A stretch of DNA of 64,000 nt from Octopus sinensis (taxonomy: Eukaryota): NCBI RefSeq assembly GCF_006345805.1, contig NC_042997.1:9796001-9860000 (forward strand), given 5' to 3'. Under the pieces are notes generated by a model that saw only the letters and a list, made by a program, of their open reading frames with translations, did no database searches and was not told the origin of the DNA. This document shows positions 13,255 through 25,489 of the stretch, in pieces; the first letter of the stretch is position 1, and each line of letters starts with the position of its first letter. A program made the position numbers and the translations under genes.

Positions 13255-14012
13255 GTTTCAATCATTAGACTGCGGCCATGCTGGAGCATTGCCTTTAAGA
13301 ATTTTAATCGCGCGATTCGACCCCAATACTTATTTTTATTTTAAGCCTGGTATTTATGCTATCGGTCTCTTTTTACCGAACCGCTAAGTTACGGGAACGT
13401 AAACACATAGGAGTGTAGGAGTGACTGTGTGCTAAGTAGCTTGCTTACTAACCACATGGTTCCGGGTTCAGTCCCACTGCGTGTCACCTTGGGCAGGTAT
13501 CTTCTACTATAGCCTCGGGCCGACCAAAGCCTTGTGAGTGGATTTGGTAGACGGAAAGTGAAAGAAGCCCGTCGTATATATGTATATATATATGTATGTG
13601 TGTGTATATGTTTATGTGTCTGTGTTTGTCCCCCCCCCAGCATCGCTTGACAACTGATGCTGGTTTTTTTACTTCCCCAGTACTTAGCGGTTCGGCAAAA
13701 GTGACCAACAGAATAAGTACTTGGCTTCGAAAGAATAAGTCATGGGGTCGATTTGCTTGACTAAAGACGGTGCTCCAGTATGGCTACAGTCAAATGACTG
13801 AAACAAATCAAAGAGTAAAAGAGTACATCACGCACAAAGACACACACACATACACACATACGAAGGGCTTTTTTCTGTTTCAGTCCACCAAATCCACTCA
13901 CAAGGCTTTGGTCAGTGCAAGGCTATAGTAGAAGACACTTGCCTAATGTGCCACAAATTGGGACTTAACCCCTAACCATGTGGTAGGGAAGCTAGCTTCT
14001 TATCACACAGCT
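13255..14012 (-). mobile_element. Older SINE family B copy or copies (13255-13408 tail, about 13830-14012 head) flanking the + copy
   Basis: Reverse complements of both flanks match the 3' and 5' parts of 13409-13825. Confidence 0.8.
13409..13825 (+). mobile_element. SINE family B, full-length (tRNA head, CORE-like domain, internal microsatellite)
   Basis: GTAGGAGTGACTGTGTGCTAAG...CCGGGTTCAGTCCC head; CACCTTGGGCAGGTATCTT CORE-like block; tail ending AAGAGTAAAAGAGTA. Confidence 0.9.
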
Positions 14013-14032
14013 AATGTTTCTTGTTTGCCGTA

Positions 14033-14368
14033 AAAGGGTAAAGACCCCCTTAGGTCATGAATGACCATGGGATTGCACCTAGAAAGTTACCCTCCTAGAC
14101 ACAAGTCCGGGCAAGGTTGTTTATGGAAGACCAGCAGTCGCCCATGCATACCAGCCTCCCCCATCCACGCCACCAGTGTTATCCAAGGGAAAGACAAAGG
14201 TCGATACAGCTTGGCACCAGTGACGTCGCAACTCATTTCTACAGCTGAGTGAACTGGAGCAACGTGAAATAAAGTGCCTTGCTCAAGAACACAACAAGCA
14301 GCCCGGTCCGGGATTCGAGCTCACAACCTCACGATCGTAAGCTTGACGCTCTAACCACTGAGCCATGC
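14033..14368 (-). mobile_element. tRNA-derived CORE-like SINE with tail type T3; 10-bp TSD
   Basis: Matches 39717-40051; TSD GTTTGCCGTA at 14023-14032 and 14369-14378. Confidence 0.9.
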
Positions 14369-15454
14369 GTTTGCCGTACATACCTATATACTATAGGTTC
14401 ATTACGATTTTGGTTTTCTCTTTCAATCATATCCCGAACGTTATTCACACCGTCTTCTGCACCGCTTTAATAGAATTTCTCTAGCTTACAAATTTAATGC
14501 AGGAAGGTTACTTTAGTTTGATCATACCACGGATTTATTGAATCAATATGGCGGTGTTTTTATTTTTATATATTTCAACATTTCTTCCTACTATTTCATT
14601 ATCTTTGTTTTTATTTTCGTGTTGCTTTCACGTATTCAGTAGTTGCACCCTCGAGCAAATTTTCAGCTCTTTACACCTCTTGGCTTTATGTGGTCCCGAG
14701 CTTTTCAACATCGATTACAGTTGACATTGCTTTGCCTTCAGTGACCGCTGCCTAGCAAAGTTTTTGCCTTTTATGATTTATAGGAAACGGTTTGCTGGTG
14801 TATTTTTCAAAATAAATTATAGAGCTCTTTCAATATAAATTATAGAGCTCTTTCTTTTCCTCTTTATGTGGCTTGTTGCTGATTGATTACTACTACTACT
14901 ACTACTACCATTGCCTTCTACTGCTGCTGCTGCTGTTATTGTTGTTATTAAGCAACAAGACGGGTAAGGGTGATTAGGTGATGGTGAAGGGCTTAGGGGC
15001 GGGAGACCCCAGACCTTGGAAAAAACAACTTTGGTCGTCTTGTAGTCGAGGGCTCTTCGTTGACGCCCGACACCACTGGGAGGTGGCCCTCGAAGTTGCT
15101 GGAAATGGAGATCTCCATTTCCAAATTCTTGGACGACTGCTGCTGCTGCTGATGATGATGATGAGGGGAGGAGAGGCGGAGGAGGGGAAGAGCAGAGAAG
15201 GAGGATTCTTTTAGCACAAGGTTAATGCATGAGCAGAAACAATTTTAATGACAAAATAATGAAAATTAGTCCTAACAGTTAATGCAGCTAGCACAATGAG
15301 AGGTTAACCACATCATCTATGGCTGCCCAGTCCTTACCAAATCTGATTATATACACACATGTTTTCGATTGGACAGCTGTATCTACTCATCTACTCAGCA
15401 ATATCCCGATGCTTCGATGCGAAAACATGAGATAGGGAACAACATTCATTGAGC

Positions 15455-15715
15455 CTTGAAGACAGTCATAGCTCAATCAACCTGAATAGAATTTATGAAA
15501 GAGTCTTACTGATGGCTAGGTACAGCAACATGTGGGATTGATGCTTAGGTTTCAACCGCAATACATAAAGAGACACAAGTTTAAAATCAGGGGCTTTGGG
15601 ACGATCATTTATGGCTAGCTCAGTATCACTTTTATAACCTGATATAATCCAGTGTTTAGTGCTCAAGTGACTAAAGCTGACATTTGTTCAGGATCGCTTG
15701 ATCCTGAGCTGTAAC
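15455..15715 (+). mobile_element. Degraded RTE-type LINE fragment
   Basis: Homologous in inverse orientation to 12380-12625. Confidence 0.45.
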
Positions 15716-15720
15716 AATTA

Positions 15721-16135
15721 GATTCTCCATTTCGTTTTTTAATTGCCCTTGTTTTGACCAAGCGCAGAATTTTGTTCCACGTACATCTTCAATGACTCTC
15801 CAAGAAGTGTAAATATGAATCAAACATGGTACATGACAACGACCTGGCCATAAAAATCTGGGCTATGCCAACCAAATTGAGAAAGAGATCAAAACATACT
15901 GTCGAGACACAATGAAAGAACTGGAGAGAAACAAAACACATGCACAATGATACCAGTGATGATCGGAGCGTTGGGCTCAATCCCATTGAAATTTCAAAAG
16001 TTCTTAAGGCAACTGGAAATCCCATGCCAGATTGATACCTTGCAAAAAGCAGCCTTATTGGGCACAGCGCACATCTTAATGAAAGTATCATCTGTCTGAG
16101 ATCCTTGGTGTGACCTGACAGATGACGAAAGGCTG
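15721..16135 (+). mobile_element. R4/Dong-type LINE 3' end with an inverted upstream piece
   Basis: 15807-16110 (+) encodes IPVMIGALGSIP...LQKAALLGTAHILMKV; 15721-15806 (-) encodes WRVIEDVRGTKFCAWSKQGQLKNE. Confidence 0.8.
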
Positions 16136-16372
16136 TTGTCTGTTCGTTCCTTCTCGATCCCTACCTGGCTCATAAGGGCCATTTTCCCGGATTCGTTGGC
16201 GTATAGGTTCCCCAACAGGACGGGACGCCGGTCCGTTGTAGGTGAGCTACTAGACACAGGAGGAAAGAGTGAGAGAAAGTTCTGGTCAAAGAGTCAGCAG
16301 AAGTTCGCCATTACCTTCTGCTGGAGTCATGTAGAACTTAGGTGTTTCGCTCATAAACATACAAGCAAGTAC
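16136..16372 (-). mobile_element. SINE fragment (head type X, tail type T1)
   Basis: Reverse complement GAGCGAAACACCTAAG...ACTTTCTCTCACTCTT matches 45505-45600; its tail resembles 10320-10430. Confidence 0.7.
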
Positions 16373-16374
16373 TA

Positions 16375-17055
16375 AGAACGAATTACATCAAATACAAAAT
16401 AAACACACCAGAAAGTCATAAGTGCAGAATCTGTGGACAAATTGGTGAAACCGTATGGCATACTACCTGTCAATGTAGGCCACTAGCTCCAGAAAGAATA
16501 TAATAGACGTCATGACAACACAGTAAAGATTGTCCATTGGACACTTTGCAACGACAATGGACTTCAGAGAGCAAAAAAGTGGTATGAATATAAACCCGAA
16601 GGCGTCATCAAAAATGATAAGGCAAAGATCCTATGGGATTTTATGATTCAGTGTGACCATGAGATAGAGAGAATAGAAAACCAGACATAGTGTTAATTGA
16701 GAAAGAGAGTAAACGATGCTGGATCATAGGTATAGCATGCCCAGCTGACAACAAGGTATGCGACAAGGAAGAAACTCAATAGATATGACAAGTTAGCAGT
16801 TGTTGTCAATGAAAAAGGTGACAGTAGTACCAATAATTGTCGGATCCCTGGGAACAGTGAGTAAAAATCTCGGGGAGTACGTGGAAGAAATAGGGGCTGC
16901 AATAAGGATGGAGCACGTACAGAAAACAACACTGCTTGGAACCGCTCGAATACTCCAGAAGGTGCTCGAAAAATAAGAGGTGTTACCTTAGTTCACCGGT
17001 AGTGAACAGCTGACATCGTAGAACATATCTCCAGCGTTAAAAGCTGGGGAAAGAC
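16375..17055 (+). mobile_element. R4/Dong-type LINE 3' fragment (CCHC knuckle plus RLE domain, frameshifted)
   Basis: CRICGQIGETVWH..C, KILWDFMIQCDH, KPDIVLI, VPIIVGSLGTV and LLGTARILQKVL; followed by (CAA)n(TAA)n. Confidence 0.9.
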
Positions 17056-17118
17056 AACAACAACAACAACAACAACAACAATAATAATAATAACAATAAT
17101 AATAATAATAATAATAAT

Positions 17119-18258
17119 ATCTTGAAATAACGAATGACTGGATGCTAAAGCTCGTCGAAAATCACGAGAGACGAAAGAAGCTTCATTCTATCATAAAGGA
17201 AAGCAAAAAATTTGCTATTGATCTCGTGCAGGATACCCAAACTGAACAACCCGAGGGAAGTACGGCAACTATTGTTGCAAAGAAGGTGAAAATAATGGCA
17301 ACGAAAAAAGCGCACGAGCAATTGGCTGATAGGTGGGGGGAGAAACCTCTGCACGGCAAATATGTGGCCCGTAGCAAACAAGCTGATGTTGACCAGAAGC
17401 AAACCCATCAGTGGCTACGGAGCTCAGGGCTAAAAGCAGAGAGCGAAGGTTTCATCCTGGCTGCTCAAGATCAAAGCCTATTAACCCGGAACTACCAGGC
17501 CAACGTGATGAAAAATGGAGCAGACCCAAAATGCCGATTCTGCAACGACATGATTGAAACAGTGGACCACCTAATCTCTGGATGTAAAGTCTTAGCACCA
17601 GTGGAGTATATATTAAGACATGACAGAGTTGGCCAATATCTACAAAGGCTAATAAATCGGCATTACAATATCAAAACTGCCGACAAGTGGTATAATCACC
17701 ACCCTGAAGCTGTAACTGAAGGAGAAAATGTAACGATTCTGTGGGACTTTCCAGTACATACAGACCGAACCATCAAACCCAATAAACCGGATATTGTTGT
17801 GAAAGACCAAAACAATAAAGTTTGCTTATTGATCGACATGAACATCCCCTGTGATCATAATATCTCGGTGAAAGAGTTTGACAAGCTCAGAAAATATAAA
17901 GACCTGCTCATTGAAATTGAGAAAATGTGGCATCTCAAGGCGGTTACAATACCAGTGATCGTAGAGCACTAGGAATGATCAAGAAGGGAACCGAAAATTA
18001 TATGAGAATGATCCCTGGATTACCTGCAAGAAGTGCAAAAGATTGTCTTAACTGGTACATCACACGTATTGAGAAGAGCATTGTCGATGTGAAAACTATT
18101 ACTACCCATGTATTTTAATTTAACTTTAAAAAAAAATGAACGAACTAGTGAGTTTAGTTTAATGGCCTACCAATGTATACTATGAGTTTCTTTGCCCTAG
18201 GAATCGGGAAGACACTCGGCAAGAAATGGAAGCAAATTTGGAAGAAGAAGAAAAAACG
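17119..18258 (+). mobile_element. R4/Dong-type LINE 3' fragment, relatively young; ORF 17142-17972 encodes the CCHC knuckle and restriction-like endonuclease
   Basis: KPLHGKY, LKAESEGFILAAQDQSL, CRFC..ETVDHLISGC, ILWDFPVHTDR, KPDIVV, LIDM; one frameshift near IPVIV(G); (TAA)n on both sides. Confidence 0.95.
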
Positions 18259-18260
18259 AT

Positions 18261-18267
18261 AACAATG

Positions 18268-18354
<87 letters not shown>
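18261..18354. repeat. (AAT)n microsatellite
   Basis: Read directly from the sequence. Confidence 0.98.
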
Positions 18355-18357
<3 letters not shown>

Positions 18358-20037
18358 GACATCAGGCAGTGGCTCTCATGGCTTCTGATCTTAACTGATT
18401 GGAAGTGTTATCATGTACATTGTTTTGTCTTGGTATAAAAGATGGGCTACAGCATTATCGGCCGAAAAGAGGTTGTCACAGTTCTAGGACAGCACTCTTC
18501 ACCCTATGAGATGACTTCTGGTGAACCATAGGGATCTGTTCTTGGCCCCCTTTTCCTTTTATTTGTTGCATATGTTAATGACATAGATGCCAACTTAAAG
18601 AATACCACAGTGCTGAAATATGCAGATGACATCAAGCTGTACCTTGAAATAAAGAGGACATATCCTGTACACTATAGATCTTTATTGCAATCAGACCTGG
18701 ACACAATGCAGCAGTGGATCATGGACTGGCAACTCAAGCTGGCTGTGGACAAATGTACCACCATGCATTTTGGGAGGAAAAACCCAGCGTCTACTTACTC
18801 CCTCCACAATACTAATCTCAAAAAGTCTTCTTGTGAACGTGACCTGGGCATTATTGTCGACAGTGATTTGTGTTGGAAAAAACACATTGCTAAAATTGCC
18901 AAGAAGGCTGAGGGTGTCTTGGCATTACTCACCAAGTTCTTTGTGAGCCACTCTCTGGCTATCTATCTGCGGCTTTATACAGCTATGGTGCGGCCTCACC
19001 TGGAATTTGCATCACCGGTCTGGAAGCCCTATCTTGCCCAGGAAGCCGTTCAGCGATGTGCAACCAAGAGAATACCTTCCATCAGGCATTTGCCATATTC
19101 TGAACGCCTTACTTCCCTGGGCATGGATACATTGAAACTCCGACGTCTGGCAGCTGACTTGGCAGACACCCATAAAATTATCAACCATCTTACTAACAAT
19201 AACTCTGAGCACCTTTTCAAACTCCATCTGTCTAACACCCGTAGACATGTTTACAAAGTCAGAAAACAGCACATCTTCCATGACTTTCGGAAACATTTTT
19301 TCACGCTAAGAGTTGCTGAAGCATGGAACAAACTGCTGGCATAAGTTGTTAGTTGTCGGAGCACTGCATCCTTCAAAACTTCCATGCTTCCTGAGATTCG
19401 CCAACACTACACCTGATTTTCTCTCCTCCATACACACGCAAGCATGTATCTGACTCATACACTGTTCACTTTCCAGACATTTGTACATTACTGCATATGC
19501 TTTATACTCACTTTTGACAAATTGTGGTGCACCTGAGCACTGTATACAATAATTTTATTATTATTATTATTATTATTATTATAAATATTCTGCTCAATAC
19601 CACAGATTTGCTTGTCAGTTGTTTGACCTTAATCAGTTGACCATGTCCCTTAGTGGCTGACAATATGTACATCTCTGATCATGAGCAGAAGTAGAATGGG
19701 TGCATCATAGCCGTGTGTTGAAAGGAATTCTTAGAGGTTTGGATAATTCACCTTTGGAAACATGGGGGGTTCGTTCAACATCCTCAAACAATCCTTATTG
19801 AGGGACCTTTTGAGTGGGATGCGCTACTCGACCAGAAGAAAATTCTAACTGGGCCCCACCTTCAAGGTCATTCGCTGTTTATCTTGATATGAGATCTCCA
19901 TGTCGCGCACACACGGTTGTGTGCCTGGTGTACCCTTATCAGATGGTAGTCATGATGTGTATACTGGGCTTCATATATTTTACCTCAGTTTCACTTGATG
20001 GCATGCACTGCTCTCTCACTCAATAATAATAATAACA
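18358..20037 (+). mobile_element. Non-coding SINE-like repeat with (AAT)n tail, split by a CR1 insertion
   Basis: Left part ends GATGGGCTACAGCA (about 18452) and the right part resumes AAATATTCTGCTC (19582); its 3' end ATGGCATGCACTGCTCTCTCACTCAATAATAAT recurs at 63329-63397. Contiguity of the two halves relies on my recall of this repeat. Confidence 0.65.
18453..19581 (+). mobile_element. CR1-clade LINE, 5'-truncated (RT C-half, ORF 18610-19344, 3' UTR, (TTA)n tail)
   Basis: GSVLGPLF, YADDIKL, ERDLGIIVD, VRPHLEFASPVW, RRLAADL and FFTLRVAEAWN are typical CR1/L2-group motifs. Confidence 0.92.
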
Positions 20038-20044
20038 ATAATGT

Positions 20045-21230
20045 GGGTGTTTTTAGCTGTTTGGTCACCCTGTATGGTGAAATACAGAACTGTCAAAGGG
20101 CGGATGCACTCTGAAGTCAACAGCCATCCAAATAACAACTCTTCCACTAACTGCGGAACACTGAATACTAGGCTGGTGACCAGTGCAGGATAGCTCACGC
20201 AAACATCTAAAATAGAAGGTTTCCTTTGAGTCTTTTTAGACAAACTCCTCTAGTGATTGTGTCTCGATAAAAATTCTGGTGATTGTGACACCTTATCAAT
20301 ACATTCTTCCGCAAGAGGGTAATTATTAGCTGAGTACAAACAACGGCATTAAGGAAGACACTAAGGTAAACTGTAAACCAGTACAACCTGTGTCAGTGGG
20401 GTAGAAAGGGCTCCTTAGCCGTAGTGAAGGTAATCTATCTAGGGAGATAACCTTTCAATAAATCACTCGGTCCGTAGCTTAGAAATACTGGGTTGACGTC
20501 CAGCGGGAACAGCTTTGTTTCATGGAGGAGGAAAGATCTTCTTTAGTACTTGGTTATACAATGCTTTCCAATGTGTGTAGTAGTGGCGCGCGCACACATT
20601 ATTAGCCATTTGAAAATACTATGGAATTTACAATTAACTGCACCAGGGTTCCTCTTCATCAGGGAACCAGACCTAATGGTATACCTGCGGATGTAGGTCC
20701 AGCCCCTGCTTTGCCGGGTCCTGTCTCTGATCACGTTGCACCTCCAAGGGCATCCATTGACGGTGATGCCCTCAATCTTAACAGACGGGTATCACCTGAC
20801 GAGTATCAGCTCCCAACCAACCAAGGATGGCCTTTCGACCAGCAGGTGCTAGAACAAAATGGACTAAAAGAATGAATACAGCAATGCTATGTTTTGAGTA
20901 GACGCACTAATAACGAAGGAGACCCATAAGAGGATATAGAAAGAGGATGCATGACATATAGACTCGGAGCACTAACAGACCAGTTCGAGAAGTATGTCAG
21001 CGAAATTGGAATTGACATGAGAGCAGAGCAAGCCCCTGAAACTGCTCTGCTGAGGACAGCTAGAATTTTCAGATTGGTCATTGGCTGTTGAATGACTTCC
21101 ACGATAATTAACAACCAAGTATCAAAGCTTATAATGTGCGGAAAGATACGTTGTTAGACCTCTAACAGCAAGCTGCTGTCAGCTCTCACATAATCTACCA
21201 GAGCAAACAAGACCGCTCTGAGAAGTAAAA
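20045..21230 (+). mobile_element. Internally deleted R4/Dong-type element (5' leader, ORF N-terminus joined to ORF C-terminus, 3' UTR)
   Basis: RTKWTKRM...IRGYRKRMHDI (N-terminal) joined at about 20960 to GALTDQFEKYVSEIGI...ALLRTARIFRLV (C-terminal); no RT between them. Confidence 0.75.
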
Positions 21231-21271
21231 CAACAACAATGATAACGATGATGATGATATTGATGGCGACA

Positions 21272-21305
<34 letters not shown>

Positions 21306-21330
21306 GGATGATGATGATGATGGTGATGAC

Positions 21331-21554
21331 GGTGGCAGAACCGTTGGCACGCCGGCCGAAATGCGTAGCCGTATTTCGTCTGCCGTTACGTTTTGAGTTC
21401 AAATTCCGTCGAGGTCGACTTTGCCTTTCATCCTTCCGGGGTCGATAAATTAAGTACCAGTTACGCACTGTGTTCGATGTAATCGACTTAATCCGTTTGT
21501 CTGTCTTTGCTTGTCCCCTCTATGTTTAGCCCCATGTGGGTAATAAAGAAACAG
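21331..21554 (+). mobile_element. SINE family A
   Basis: High similarity to 40201-40434; GATGGTGATGA on both flanks is TSD-like. Confidence 0.9.
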
Positions 21555-24500
21555 ATGGTGATGATGGCGTTGATGACTATATACACGTTTTCCACGTTCA
21601 TGTCTTAGAACAGAATGCACATTTTAAAATATCACCACTTACATAAACCATGTGAAAATCTACTTCAGGAATGAATCCATGCTTTAAATATTTCAGACAA
21701 TTTTCGAAATAATTCAACACCATTTTTCTTCAGTTAAACATCTGTTTTATTTTGTATTTTGTCTCTTATTTTTCCATTTGATTACTCAAAACTGTTTTAC
21801 CTGAATTTTGTAATCAATTTGCATTCCATTTTGCTTTGGTAGTCTCTATTCTAGAAAAATAAATTCATATACTATCATGGCTTCCTGAAGTCAATTTGGA
21901 ATCTATTTTGAATTCAATATCAGAAAATAATAAATCTCATAAACAACTTTTTATAAGTGATGTGTTATCACTAAATCCATATCAATTATTATGGTTTCTG
22001 TTTACAATTTTCGCAGAAGTGTGTTTTCTTTGGTTTTGTTTTGTTTTAATGCATATTTGCAATTATTTCTGAACGACAGTGTATGTATGTATGTACGTAC
22101 GTATGTATGTATATGTTTGTTGTTTCTATTACTGTGTCTGTATTGCAATGTTTTATATAACTTTTGTTTTATTATTCAGTATTGGATTTTTTCTGTCTAA
22201 TGTGTTTCTAAGTTATATTCTCTTGAAGTTATTCGGTGATCTGTTTTGGAGGAAAGAGAATAAATTCAGAATTCGTATTTAATAGGTTGTATTTAACATG
22301 TCCTCTCAGACTTAGCACTTGAATAACGTAACATCATGAACATATAACAGTCCTTATAAAGAAACATTTAATATATCTCTTAAATCTTTTTTTTTACTTC
22401 CATTCTTCACAAGTTAGTTATATCTTTGCGGGACTCCTCGTTTATACACACAAAAATAGAAATCACTTTATTAAAATACATTATAATATTAGTTATAAGT
22501 CTTACAATCTTAGAAAAGCGGGGAATTAATGGGGCTACATTTCTCCATCGCAAAACACTGGCAATTCTCTTGTCAAAGGCCTATTTGTCTCACGAGAAGA
22601 ACTGAACTCAATATTGAAGACAAGCAAAATAATTGGCAATTTTGCTTGTTTTGCAGCGACTTAAAGCGGTACAATATGCTGCAATATGGAGTTACAATCA
22701 GGTTAACCAAATCTAGCAATGATGAGTTGTGGCAGTAATTCAACAAGAACTACATATTTTTCGGCTGGATTTCCATTACTCTATTACCCCACCATTTGAC
22801 TTAATTACTAGTAAGCTTCCATTAAGTGAAGTTCCTGGGTTTTATGATAATTATTTATTTGACCTAATTTGCATTATTTGTTTAATAAAAGTTCTTAATA
22901 CAAGTAATTCGATAAATATTTTATAATTATTTAATAATTGCATAATAATAGTTTATTTGTTTAATAAGATTTCTACAGATGGCTGATGACTTTAGTACTA
23001 ACATGTTCCTACTGCCAACATGCTAATGTTTGATTGTCTATGTTATTCAGCTGTATACAAGTACTTCCCTAGTGCATAGTTCATAAATGTATGCATTGAA
23101 CATTTCTACTATTTGCTTGCTGACTTTTCCAGATCAAGTGTTCGGACAACACTTGGCTGATTCGTCCAAGATATACTACATGAAAATCAACTTTTCTGCA
23201 ATATCTCTGCAACCTGACAGTTTACAGGACTAACTACCAACATAAACAAGCTCTAATTTTTTTATACAATTTCTTGATTTAAAAATTGAACTGTCACTAT
23301 TGAAGTCATTTGAGAAAAGTCTTGTCAATTCAAATGCATAGGCATCAGCTTATTAATATCTGAAGAATATGTTTTCAGCAAGTTAATCATTTCAAAACTA
23401 CTAAGGTAGTTAGTTTAGTTACATTTTCTATCAACAAAAGGACAAAAGAATATTAGAAATATTAGAGAGAATATTAGAAAAGAAATGTTTATGTAAGTAG
23501 AAAAGTGTGTCTGTCAAGAAGTCATCAAAATATATTTTATGCTTTGCTATGAATGTTACAATAAATACCTATATTTTAAAGAATCAATTCAATCAAATGT
23601 TCTCCCCAGTTATGGAAAAGTGTATCTAATAATGTAACAAACCAATATTAATTACTTTTAAATTCACAAATTCGCACAATGGAAGGGAATCGTTGAGGGG
23701 ATTATGGTATAATATCGGTGTCTCAGATATGAGAATGAAAAGTTAGAAAGTTTCAGTAAGATTTTGTTTTTTGATTGAGTATTTTGAGTTTTAGTGTATG
23801 CCCTCATAGTTAATTCAGTTGTTGATGCACTACTTCAACATAGATGCATGATTTTCGAAACATATAGGGTAAGCAAGTTGTCAATTAAATTGATCCATTA
23901 CTTATCCCACTGGACATAAAAGGAAGGTCGGCAGCATTGACCGAGGTAGCTAACATACGTGAAAAACAATCAAAATCCATTACTGCCAACCATTTAGTTC
24001 TAAATTTCAGTTGTCTGTTTGCAGAATTTAAGATGAAAATTAAAATTAAGGAATGATTTCCAAATATCTTCCCGATTGACTGAAACCTCCCCCTGGAAAG
24101 AAAATCGTTGGTACACACAAAAAGTATTACTTTTTGCTTTTGTTCATTTTGGTTTTATGTCTTATTTAACATAAACACGTTACATGCATACATATACGTA
24201 CGAAAATATTGAAACAATTTGGTATCTGTTAACATATGGGGTCATTAACTAATCACGCCCAAGCAGCGAAGAGCAAATAATTCATTATCTCTACTGGTAG
24301 ACACATATGACAAATGACTCCTGCAGAATGATTCAATCTTATGAAACACTTGGAAGTCTTTCTTACTTCAAGTGTTGACATTGACTATTGTAAGAGTAAA
24401 TGAAAGGCGATTTCACTGACTACAAAGGATTAATTTTAACACTTAACTCTTCTCATATTCAACTGCTAATATGAAAATCGAGTGTTATCTGAAGACTAGG

Positions 24501-25489
24501 AATGACATGATTTTAATCTAACTACATCCCAAAGTAAATAGAAATTTTCATTCAAGTAGAAACTATCAAAGTTTTGGCAATCTTCTGGTATTGTTTACTG
24601 TTAACGACGTTAATTAATTCTTATCACACATCAGTATTAATCTAATGGGAATTTTCGTCGTTAAGTGTGAAGTCTTAATCAAAGAGTGTACGTTACTTTC
24701 TCGGGTACGCAACGCATGAGTTTTATAAAAATAATACCACAACCTTAAAGGCCAGAAGCAATGTTCGTAAACAGTCAAAGCAAATTTTAATCTACGTTGC
24801 CATAATGAATGGGCGCACTTCACTGATCTCTTATTATATCAATTACGGAAAAGTCTCGACGAGATTTGAACTCACAATGGATATAACTAAAGACCGAAAG
24901 GAAATTTTACCCCGCGCTACCGATTGCGCTAGCCCTCATTCTCCGAAAGTTGATTTCTAATGTAGACATACAATCATTGAATTGAGAGGGGCGGACGGTA
25001 TTGTCAATTACATTAGATCCATTCTTTAAATCATACTGACTTTATTGAATAGAGAATGAAGGTCAAAAATGATTTTAATACGGAACTATGCAATAAAAGA
25101 CGTAAACAAATTCTGTAATTTGTTATTTTCACTCAACTATACACCCGTTTCTCTTCACCCGTTTCTTCATATGCGACTGTAGTATCTTTGTCCCCTGTGC
25201 TTACTCCAACTCCAAAAAACTCTTTTAAAAATCTATATAACATGGACTCCACCCATTTCCCGCTTGGATTATAAAAACACTGAAAATGTTCAAAATTGCC
25301 CATAACATTTGGGCTGATACGTGAAAGCATAAGAAACTGATAAACGGAACTAACTAAACGGAACTAACAACCAAAAGACACCCAGTTGGAGAAAACATAA
25401 AGATCAGGATATATTTAATGTTGAAAGCATTTCATCTTTATTATTTTTAATTGATCTTATTCCATTCTTTAGAATCAAGAAAGGTTGAA

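Noticed and set aside
23885-24118. KFRTKWLAVMDFDCF resembling a glycosyltransferase-92 DxD motif
   Set aside because: Isolated short match; the rest of the frame is unrelated.
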